From IMG/VR virus record IMGVR_UViG_3300009784_000001, positions 54,418 through 118,417 of that record: DNA of 64,000 bases; one strand, given 5' to 3'. The first letter of the stretch is position 1. Each line of letters opens with the position of its first letter. The position numbers were made by a program, and so were the translations under genes. The notes under the pieces are model-generated. The model did no database searches. It saw only the letters and a list, made by a program, of their open reading frames with translations, and had not been told where the DNA came from. Below are positions 56,986 through 64,000 of the stretch, in pieces. The stretch comes from a virus (Duplodnaviria; Heunggongvirae; Uroviricota; Caudoviricetes).

Positions 56986-57369
56986 TTATATTACTAAATT
57001 TTTGGAAAGATTTCCCTGTAAAGTAATTTTATTGTTATACCAATCCATGATTAGCTGTTTAAGAAAAGCATCACGTTTTTCTCCTTTATCAATTTTATCT
57101 TTAACCTTTGGCTCCAATCTATAAAATAAATCTTGTGGAGTTATATTTGTAACTATTACATCTTTTCCATCATCACCTTTGGATTTTACTCCAATTACTT
57201 TTTTATTTGTAAATTTACCATCAGGAGTTATTTCAGTCTGTTCTCCTTTTTCATAATGCTGGTCAAGAAAATTTTTCAAATCAAGAACAATATCTAATTG
57301 AGTTTGCTCCACAATCATATAAGATATGAGTTTTTTAGATTGATTTTCTGTAAGTATAATAGTTTTCAC
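56986..57369 (-). CDS. hypothetical protein (127 aa)
   Basis: Track ORF. Confidence 0.45.
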   Translation of the reverse strand: MKTIILTENQSKKLISYMIVEQTQLDIVLDLKNFLDQHYEKGEQTEITPDGKFTNKKVIGVKSKGDDGKDVIVTNITPQDLFYRLEPKVKDKIDKGEKRDAFLKQLIMDWYNNKITLQGNLSKNLVI

Positions 57370-57380
57370 TTAATTCATAT

Positions 57381-57412
57381 TTTGATATAAATATCTTTTT
57401 CTATATCTTTGT
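57381..57412 (+). promoter_or_regulatory. plus-strand Bacteroidota-type promoter for the Dam methylase gene
   Basis: TTTG at 57381-57384, a 20-nt spacer, then TATCTTTG at 57405-57412. The ATG follows 21 nt downstream. Confidence 0.55.
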
Positions 57413-57432
57413 ATCAACAAATATATAAAAAT

Positions 57433-58326
57433 ATGAGCAAATTTCAAAATCCAATAAAGTGGTCAGGTTCAAAATCATCCTTATCAAAACAAATAGTGGA
57501 ACAAATTCCATATAGTGTAAATGGAACTTATTATGAACCATTTTGTGGTAGTTGCAGCGTCTTATTTGAAATATTAACAAATCTCAAACAAGGATATTTA
57601 AGAAATAGAATAACAAAATATCAATGTTCTGATATAAATAAAGATTTAATTGATTTATGGAATGCTATAAAAGAAAAACCATTATATTTACATCATTGGT
57701 ATTCAAGTTTTTGGGATAACTTCAATTATAATTATAGTTCTATTCCATTGCCTACAGATAAATTATATCAAAATAGAAAAGACAATTTTAATGTTGTAAG
57801 AGGTTTATATAATAGAATAGATGGAGATTGGAGTGAACAGAAATATGTTTTATTATTATTTCTCACTAGAACGGCATTTAATGGTTTATTACGATTTAAT
57901 AATAAAGGTGAATATAATAGCACTTGTCATTTTTCAAGGCCAGGTATTCATCCTGATAAAATGAAAGAAATACTTTTTAATGCTTCTGATATATTAAATG
58001 CTTTTAATGTAGAATTTAAACATATAAATTATGTTGATATTAAGCCAGAAGAAAATGATTTTGTATTTCTTGACCCTCCTTATTCAGACAGTGATAAAAA
58101 GAAAATGTATTATGGCACAATTGATGAGAGAGAATTAATTGATTACTGCAATAATTTACCTTGTAGTTATGGTTTAACTTACAATGGTGATAGAGGAAAT
58201 AACAAAGGAAAAAGATTAGCATTAAATGATACCAAAGAAGTACTTTTAGAAGCTAAAAACAGCAGTTACAGTAAAATGAATGGTGAAATAATTAAAGTTA
58301 AAGAAATTTTATATATTAAAGATTAA
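57433..58326 (+). CDS. dam: DNA adenine methyltransferase, Dam family (D12 class)
   Basis: KWSGSK (Dam KWAGGK), EPFCGSCSV (EPFVGAGSV), LFLTRTAFNGLLRFN and DPPY (FLDPPYSD). The track start at 57409 is TTG inside the promoter box; the ATG is at 57433. Confidence 0.85.
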   Translation: MSKFQNPIKWSGSKSSLSKQIVEQIPYSVNGTYYEPFCGSCSVLFEILTNLKQGYLRNRITKYQCSDINKDLIDLWNAIKEKPLYLHHWYSSFWDNFNYNYSSIPLPTDKLYQNRKDNFNVVRGLYNRIDGDWSEQKYVLLLFLTRTAFNGLLRFNNKGEYNSTCHFSRPGIHPDKMKEILFNASDILNAFNVEFKHINYVDIKPEENDFVFLDPPYSDSDKKKMYYGTIDERELIDYCNNLPCSYGLTYNGDRGNNKGKRLALNDTKEVLLEAKNSSYSKMNGEIIKVKEILYIKD

Positions 58327-58331
58327 AAAAC

Positions 58332-58661
58332 ATGAAAGAAAAAGTAATTACAAAAGAAAAATTGATTTCTAAATTAAGAAGTAAACTCAACAGAAGAGGT
58401 GGTGGATGGTTTTATTCCAAAAAACAAGATTTATTTTTAGAATCTCCTGATAATCATCAACGTTCTAATGATTGGGGTAAACAAAGAGTTATTGGATGTC
58501 ATTATTATGGTGATAGCATTTTAGTTTATTTAGGAAATTGTGATGGAGAAATGTCAGCATATAATAAAACATCACCAACAGAAGAATTAATGACAGCAAA
58601 TAAAATTGGTATACATAGATTTTCCAAAGATGCTGTACAGAAAATTTATGACAATATTTAA
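58332..58661 (+). CDS. hypothetical protein (109 aa)
   Basis: Track ORF co-oriented with dam and followed by a terminator. Confidence 0.45.
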   Translation: MKEKVITKEKLISKLRSKLNRRGGGWFYSKKQDLFLESPDNHQRSNDWGKQRVIGCHYYGDSILVYLGNCDGEMSAYNKTSPTEELMTANKIGIHRFSKDAVQKIYDNI

Positions 58662-58667
58662 AATAGA

Positions 58668-58696
58668 AAAGCCTCCTAAAAAGAGGCTTTTATTTT
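58668..58696 (+). terminator. intrinsic terminator
   Basis: AAAGCCTCCTAAAAAGAGGCTTTTATTTTG: an 8-bp stem followed by a T-run. Confidence 0.65.
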
Positions 58697-58882
58697 GCAA
58701 TATCATTTGTTTTTAAGGAATATTTTATTCCATAATAAGGAACAAAGCAAATTATAAAATTTTTTATTGTAAAATTAACTTGCCTATACATTTGTATGGC
58801 TGTTGATATAATGAAATTAAAAACTATTAATAATAACAATATTTTTAACATAACTTAATAATTTGATAATAAATATTCTTAT

Positions 58883-59419
58883 TTATATTTTACCCCACAC
58901 TTCAAAACTATATGGAATTTCTGTATCATTATCAATATATACAGGAGGCTCTATTGGTTCAAATCCTGTTTCAGGAAACTTAAAGAAAGCATCTGCTTCA
59001 AATGTTGAATGTATTTTTGTTAAATAAATTCTATCTACATAAGGTAAAAATAAATTATAAATTTGTTCTCCACCAATTACCCACACATCTTTCATATTAT
59101 TAATAAGAGGTCTATTAATTCCTAATCTATAAGAAAATATCAATCCATCAAAATCTGTTGGGAAAGAATTTTTATCTAAATAGCCCAAAAAATTACCATC
59201 TTCTTCGTAAATTGATGTTCCTGAATTAGATAAAACAATATTTCTTCTATTAGGTAATGGTTTTTTAGGTAAACTATCCCAAGTTTTTCTTCCCATTATT
59301 ACAACTCCATTAGTTGTTAATTCTTTGAATCTCTTCAAATCGGCTTTTATTGGATATAAAAGATTACCTTTATATCCAATTCCTGAATTTAAATCTGTTG
59401 CTACTATTAAGTTAATCAT
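58883..59419 (-). CDS. folA: dihydrofolate reductase
   Basis: MINLIVATDLNSGIGYKGNLLY..ADLKRFKELT.GVVIMGRKTWDSLP...LPNRRNIVLS and the VIGG..IY motif. Confidence 0.9.
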   Translation of the reverse strand: MINLIVATDLNSGIGYKGNLLYPIKADLKRFKELTTNGVVIMGRKTWDSLPKKPLPNRRNIVLSNSGTSIYEEDGNFLGYLDKNSFPTDFDGLIFSYRLGINRPLINNMKDVWVIGGEQIYNLFLPYVDRIYLTKIHSTFEADAFFKFPETGFEPIEPPVYIDNDTEIPYSFEVWGKI

Positions 59420-59612
59420 CTTTGAATTTATCTTTTAATATTTGACAATTATCACATTCATCATAAGTTACTCCTCTTTTATGGATTGCACACCATGTAT
59501 CACCACATACATCAGAACTCCAATTATCAAAGCCACAAAGAGGCATTGAGCCATCTTTACTCCAACCCTTTTCACCTCTCCTTGTTTTAATTTGTATTGT
59601 TTCTATGTGCAT
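59412..59612 (-). CDS. small Cys-rich protein (66 aa)
   Basis: Track ORF lying between the DHFR and VWA genes. Confidence 0.35.
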   Translation of the reverse strand: MHIETIQIKTRRGEKGWSKDGSMPLCGFDNWSSDVCGDTWCAIHKRGVTYDECDNCQILKDKFKDD

Positions 59613-59617
59613 ATATT

Positions 59618-60247
59618 TTAACCAACATTTTCAAGTGATTGTTCCATAAATGAATCAGCATCAGCCATACTTGCAGAGCATCTGTATTTTGTTGCAACAT
59701 CACAAACATAATGTAATGTTGAGCTAGTATTACTACCATAAGCTGCCATGTGTCTAATACCCATATCAACTCCATCAGTACATTTTGATAAATCATCACC
59801 AAGATAAATAAATGACCAGTTATATACAGTTTCTTGATGTTCAATCATTTCTTTTATTTGTGATAATGAAAACTCAGAAGAAGAATTTTCTTCTCCATCA
59901 GTAATTATAACAACAAGTACTTTTGAAGGTCTATTTTCTTCATTGATTTTAGATAATTCTTCACCTGTTTCATTAATAGCTTTTCCTATTGCATCAAAAA
60001 GTGCCGTTCCACCAGCAGGATTATAATCTCTTTCAGTTATAGTTTTTAATTCATCTTTAGGCTGATTAACCCATATTCTTCTAACATCATTGCTGAATGT
60101 ATATAAAGATGCCATTATATCTCCATCAGGCAAATTCTTTTGAGCTTCTACAAACTCGTTAAAACTACCAATAACATCTTTTTTTCGTGGAGACATTGAA
60201 CCACTTTCATCTATTACAAATGTAATTGCACAAAACTTTTCTTTCAT
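59618..60247 (-). CDS. von Willebrand factor A (VWA) domain protein
   Basis: MIDAS motif VIDESGSM at the start of a Rossmann-like alpha/beta pattern. Confidence 0.6.
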   Translation of the reverse strand: MKEKFCAITFVIDESGSMSPRKKDVIGSFNEFVEAQKNLPDGDIMASLYTFSNDVRRIWVNQPKDELKTITERDYNPAGGTALFDAIGKAINETGEELSKINEENRPSKVLVVIITDGEENSSSEFSLSQIKEMIEHQETVYNWSFIYLGDDLSKCTDGVDMGIRHMAAYGSNTSSTLHYVCDVATKYRCSASMADADSFMEQSLENVG

Positions 60248-60253
60248 ATTATT

Positions 60254-61933
60254 TTAATTTAATTTTAATTCTTCAAATGTTGTTGTTATTTCAGGCTTAT
60301 TTAATCCTGTTGATAATGGAAATTTAATTGTTGGATAAGGATTATAATCATTAATTAAAAATGATTTTGAAGATAATAAAGTAAATAACTCTGTTAATTC
60401 TTCACTCTCATATATTTTTTTATCTTTAAGTTTATTTTCAACAATTTCTAAAAATTTATTTGTATTCTTATCTCCATAATTCCAATCTAACCAAGGTAAT
60501 TTTCTTGGTTCTCTTTGTAATTGTTCTAAACATCCTTCAATTTGATTTTCATATAGATGACAAGAATTACCATGCCATTTAAATTTACCTGGCTTATAGC
60601 CTGTAATTTTAGCTAATATATGTAGTAAAAAGGCGTAACTTGCTATATTAAATGGCAACCCTAAAGCCCAATCTACGCTGCGTTGTACCATTAATAAATC
60701 TAAAAATTCTCCTTTTCTAATATTGGTAGAAAATAAAATATGACAAGGAGGTAAACAAACTTCATTATTTTCTAAAACCATTGGATCCCAGGACAAAACT
60801 TGTTGGTATCTAGAATTTGGATTTGATAATATCAAATTAATTAAATTTTTAATTTGATCAATACCATTATCTATATTTTTTCTAACTAATGTAAATCCTT
60901 TATATGATTTATCATTACCACTTAACAAACTATAAAAAGAATCTTCGTTCAAATTATTTTTTTTAACAAATAAAGGAACATTATCTATTAAATATTCAAA
61001 GCCATCTTTATTTTTAATAATATATTTTTTATGTTGAGTAGATATATTTTCCATTTTAGTGGCAAATTTACATGTTGTTTTAGAATACAATAAACCATTT
61101 CCATTAATATCTTTATCTAATTCATATAATTTCCATTGTTTTATTTTTAATTCATAGTTTGGTATATCTTTAATATCCTCCAAAAAATATTCAAAACATT
61201 TCCATCTATTGGATACTCTTACTCCTCTTCCCCCATAATTTTTATATCCAATATTATTTTCATTATAACATCTATCAATCATATGTTCCCATATTTTTTT
61301 AAATTTTATTGTCAAAATATCTTTTTTATTATATATACCAGTACAAGCCACATTTAAATATTTTGGAAAATAAGGATCATAAATACTTCTATCTTTTATA
61401 TGTTCTTCTCTAATAGCTGTTTTATATCCAGTATTTAAAAAATAAATTTCAAATATTTTATGCCTATTTTCTAAATAACATAAATTAGATCTTACAAAAT
61501 CTCCATAATTTTTACTATGGTATATTTCCAAATTCATATTTTCTGGAATGTCATTCAATTTAATAGTAAATGGTTTTTTATCAGGATAACCTATTATTTT
61601 TTTTGCACCAAAACTGCGCCAAAAATAGGGATAAGATTTCCCTAAAATAGTTGCACTTTCTTTATCCCATCTTTTAACATCATCATCCCATATATGACAA
61701 TTATTTTCATGTAAATATTCTAATGTTACTTTCCCTTTTAGAAAAAAAATTAATTCACTAATTATGCCTTTTGTATACATTTTTTTTGTTGTAAGTAAAG
61801 GAAATCCATCATTCATATCAAATTCTAAATCCAAAACAAAAAGTTCACGTGTTCTTGGCATGTTTTCTCTAGCTGGATCTTTAATATCGCCATTTACCAG
61901 AATTTCTTTCATTAAATCTAAATATTGTTTCAT
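60254..61933 (-). CDS. thyA: thymidylate synthase (ThyA family) with a large in-frame insertion
   Basis: N-terminus MKQYLDLMKEIL...FPLLTTKK and C-terminal LPPCHILF...QRSVDWALGLPFNIASYAFLLH...REPRKLP. A conserved Asn in PFN indicates uracil specificity. The protein is 559 aa against about 264 aa for the E. coli enzyme. Confidence 0.85.
   Translation of the reverse strand: MKQYLDLMKEILVNGDIKDPARENMPRTRELFVLDLEFDMNDGFPLLTTKKMYTKGIISELIFFLKGKVTLEYLHENNCHIWDDDVKRWDKESATILGKSYPYFWRSFGAKKIIGYPDKKPFTIKLNDIPENMNLEIYHSKNYGDFVRSNLCYLENRHKIFEIYFLNTGYKTAIREEHIKDRSIYDPYFPKYLNVACTGIYNKKDILTIKFKKIWEHMIDRCYNENNIGYKNYGGRGVRVSNRWKCFEYFLEDIKDIPNYELKIKQWKLYELDKDINGNGLLYSKTTCKFATKMENISTQHKKYIIKNKDGFEYLIDNVPLFVKKNNLNEDSFYSLLSGNDKSYKGFTLVRKNIDNGIDQIKNLINLILSNPNSRYQQVLSWDPMVLENNEVCLPPCHILFSTNIRKGEFLDLLMVQRSVDWALGLPFNIASYAFLLHILAKITGYKPGKFKWHGNSCHLYENQIEGCLEQLQREPRKLPWLDWNYGDKNTNKFLEIVENKLKDKKIYESEELTELFTLLSSKSFLINDYNPYPTIKFPLSTGLNKPEITTTFEELKLN
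60863..61603 (-). other. in-frame inserted domain of about 247 aa within thyA carrying an HNH-family homing-endonuclease-like module
   Basis: WEHMIDRCYNENNIGYKNYGGRGVRVSNRW ... ELDKDINGNGLLYSKTTCKFATKMEN matches the W..M..RC.N...Y.NYGGRGI.V / LDRID..G.Y..NC.W pattern of phage HNH-type endonucleases. It sits in the ThyA small-domain variable loop, after YPYFWRSFGA. There are no intein splice motifs. Confidence 0.55.
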
Positions 61934-62026
61934 AATTTATCTAATTTTTCTTTTATTTCTTTAATTAGTATCCACAAACCTACTATACAATCAAGTATAA
62001 TAGGAATAATTATAATTTTCATTTTT

Positions 62027-62221
62027 TTAATTTAAATTAGTTATTGTTACATAAAAAGCATCTCCCATTTCATCAATTTCTTTTTGTGGATAACCATTGG
62101 CAACACAAAATTGTGTTATATCTTCTCCCCATTCACCTGGATAAAATTCTTTGGGAAAACCATATAAGTATCCGCTAGGAGGATCTACTAAAAATCTGTC
62201 ATTATTTTTTTCTCTTGCCAT
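62027..62221 (-). CDS. hypothetical protein (64 aa)
   Basis: Track ORF. Confidence 0.4.
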   Translation of the reverse strand: MAREKNNDRFLVDPPSGYLYGFPKEFYPGEWGEDITQFCVANGYPQKEIDEMGDAFYVTITNLN

Positions 62222-62224
62222 TTT

Positions 62225-62734
62225 TTAATCATTTAGTGTTTTCAAATACTCATTTTCTTTAATGATTGCTTTATCAAATATTTCTTTTCCATATTTTTCA
62301 ACCAATTCAATATCAGTAATATTTCCATTAATCATAAGATTGAAACAATCATTTACCTTTTCTTCATCTGTTAATTTAGCAATTTTTTCAGATTCATCCA
62401 ATTTCATAAATTGTATTTTCTGTTCTTGCAATTTATTCAAATCAGTATCATCAAGTTTAGTTGCAGGATAATTTTTTATATATCTATGAAATGCTTTCCC
62501 ATTAGATTTTTCCAATAAATTCTCACCTAAGATTGCATTCTTAAAATTAACATAATCATTAACATCAACATTATCATATCGGTAGGTTCTTCCTTTACCA
62601 AAAACAATTGTTAATGTTTTTAATCTATTATTAGGATGGTCCTCACACATACTATATTCAATATTACTACTTTGGTAATATACATGGTCATAACCAATAC
62701 CATCTTTCTGAATGTATTTTTTATAAATTATCAT
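62225..62734 (-). CDS. hypothetical protein (169 aa)
   Basis: Track ORF. Confidence 0.45.
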   Translation of the reverse strand: MIIYKKYIQKDGIGYDHVYYQSSNIEYSMCEDHPNNRLKTLTIVFGKGRTYRYDNVDVNDYVNFKNAILGENLLEKSNGKAFHRYIKNYPATKLDDTDLNKLQEQKIQFMKLDESEKIAKLTDEEKVNDCFNLMINGNITDIELVEKYGKEIFDKAIIKENEYLKTLND

Positions 62735-62753
62735 ATACTTTTTTTTATTCTTT

Positions 62754-62954
62754 TTATGTAAATTGCCTGTTAATTTTAGGAAACATTATTACTAATTTCA
62801 TTTTACCTTTTTTTTCAAGTTTATCAACAATTTTCTTTTGTTTATCATTGCATCTATACAACCAGTTTCCAAATAACATTTTTCCTTCTGAAATTTGTTC
62901 CAAAAATTCTTTTTCTGTATATGGCGAATAATGTTGTCCTATTAAATTTATCAT
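62754..62954 (-). CDS. hypothetical protein (66 aa)
   Basis: Track ORF. Confidence 0.4.
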   Translation of the reverse strand: MINLIGQHYSPYTEKEFLEQISEGKMLFGNWLYRCNDKQKKIVDKLEKKGKMKLVIMFPKINRQFT

Positions 62955-62955
62955 T

Positions 62956-63708
62956 TTATTTAATCAATTTTTCTTCTGTTAAAAATTTATTTATCATTTC
63001 ATTAGCTCCTTTAACATCCAATTTAGTATCATTACACCATAGCAAATAATCAAGATCAACATTTTTTACTTCCTGTAATGTTTTACCTTTATATTTCCCA
63101 AATGTCATTGTTAATGTTTCTGTTTTTGGAACAGTTTTATTATATTCTTCTTCTGTAAATTTATATTCAAAACATTTTTGGGCAGCGAGATAATCACATA
63201 TATGCAATAATTTTTCTGCTTCTGTTTTAGGTAATCTTTCTCCCCATTGTCCCATATGAGTTTCAACAGAAAATAACAAGTATCTTTCTATGTCAGTTGT
63301 GGTATCATATTCATATGGTATATCTAATTCATCCAAACATTTTTTAAGAAATCTGACAGCAAATTGTGGGTGATCATCTACTGTATGACCAGTTTTATTA
63401 TCTCCCTTTTTAATCATATCATGTGCAATAGCAGCAATCAATAATAAATCTTTTTCACTATCAGTGAAATCAAACATTTTAAGATTGGATAACATAATCA
63501 TTATTTTTGCTACTACCTTTGTATGTCTAATCAATCCACCTGGTCCTAAACTTAAAGGGGGATGATATTTACCAGATGTTGAAGCAGGCATATCAAAAAA
63601 ATATGTAGGGGCTTCTTCCAAGATTTTTTCTAATAATAATTTATATTCTGGATTTTTAATTAAACTTAATTCTTCACTGAAAATATTCAGTCTTTCATTT
63701 TTATTCAT
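62956..63708 (-). CDS. HD-domain phosphohydrolase
   Basis: H...LIRHTKVVAKIM and IAAIAHDMIKK form the HD motif. The C-terminus carries FGKYKGKTLQEV..DYLLWC. Confidence 0.6.
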   Translation of the reverse strand: MNKNERLNIFSEELSLIKNPEYKLLLEKILEEAPTYFFDMPASTSGKYHPPLSLGPGGLIRHTKVVAKIMIMLSNLKMFDFTDSEKDLLLIAAIAHDMIKKGDNKTGHTVDDHPQFAVRFLKKCLDELDIPYEYDTTTDIERYLLFSVETHMGQWGERLPKTEAEKLLHICDYLAAQKCFEYKFTEEEYNKTVPKTETLTMTFGKYKGKTLQEVKNVDLDYLLWCNDTKLDVKGANEMINKFLTEEKLIK

Positions 63709-63887
63709 TTTCTTATTTTATATTTTTTATTTAATTTATTTTCTGCATAATGTTTTGCTCCCCTCTGATTCATTCCATTATTCATAGCTTCTTTATAATA
63801 GATTATATATTGTATTAACATTATAATATTTAATATAAAAAATGCAAGAAGCAGTACTAATACTACAAAAAATATTATTTTAATCAT
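63705..63887 (-). CDS. small membrane protein (60 aa)
   Basis: Hydrophobic N-terminus. Confidence 0.35.
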   Translation of the reverse strand: MIKIIFFVVLVLLLAFFILNIIMLIQYIIYYKEAMNNGMNQRGAKHYAENKLNKKYKIRK

Positions 63888-64000
63888 AACATATAATCTA
63901 AAATTGGATATTTTATAAGTAATTCTGAATGTAATCCTCTATAATATATAGGAGAAAACACTATTAAACAAGCAACAATTATTCCAGTACAATGTAGGAA

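Noticed and set aside
60863-61603. The thyA insertion read as a canonical intein.
   Set aside because: There is no N-terminal Cys/Ser splice junction and no C-terminal His-Asn followed by Cys/Ser/Thr. The junctions are ...FGAKK/IIGY... and ...RKN/IDNG.... It is better explained as an in-frame HNH-like domain insertion.
1-64000. CRISPR arrays, rRNA genes and integrase or attachment sites.
   Set aside because: No regularly spaced direct repeats with unique spacers, no rRNA-like GC-rich blocks, and no tyrosine or serine recombinase signatures were seen. The region looks like part of a virulent phage genome rather than an integrated element.

Overview
This window is an AT-rich, densely packed phage-like segment, probably a lytic dsDNA phage of a Bacteroidota host, with genes almost all on the minus strand. 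The host call rests on about 28 copies of a promoter with -33 TTTG and -7 TAnnTTTG, plus lipoprotein and outer-membrane beta-barrel genes. Positions 1-21000 hold about 50 small early genes, each with its own promoter and an upstream TTAACAATTATTAAC box. About 10 of these promoter regions sit in a roughly 170-bp repeated intergenic cassette (intrinsic terminator, conserved GTTAAAATA box, promoter). A TACTCA-TT-TGAGTA inverted repeat occurs 6 times just after stop codons. Positions 21000-64000 are longer overlapping minus-strand operons. They encode a class II-like ribonucleotide reductase split by a LAGLIDADG intein, and a thymidylate synthase carrying an in-frame homing-endonuclease-like domain. 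DHFR, a T4 gp1-like dNMP kinase and a thioredoxin complete the nucleotide-metabolism set. There are three DNA methyltransferases, a ClpX-like ATPase, a PTH2 peptidyl-tRNA hydrolase, a Thg1-like 3'-5' nucleotidyltransferase next to a free LAGLIDADG endonuclease, and a eukaryotic-type PARP (WGR plus catalytic domain). Flanking the PARP gene are a Vsr-like nuclease and a Nudix hydrolase. A RelA/SpoT-type HD hydrolase, an SPFH-like lipoprotein and an outer-membrane barrel follow. The few plus-strand genes are a winged-helix regulator, a Dam methylase with its own host-type promoter, and a tail fibre with a C-terminal S74 chaperone domain and a G11 homopolymer near its 5' end. A promoter- and terminator-bracketed ORF-free stretch of about 530 nt (7776-8312) is a candidate non-coding RNA. 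Several ORF-track starts (MYII.., MLYK.., MVIIPYLCIE..) are TTG artefacts produced by translating the promoter box; corrected ATG starts are given. No CRISPR array, rRNA or convincing tRNA was found. All coordinates I derived myself carry a possible 1-2 nt error.
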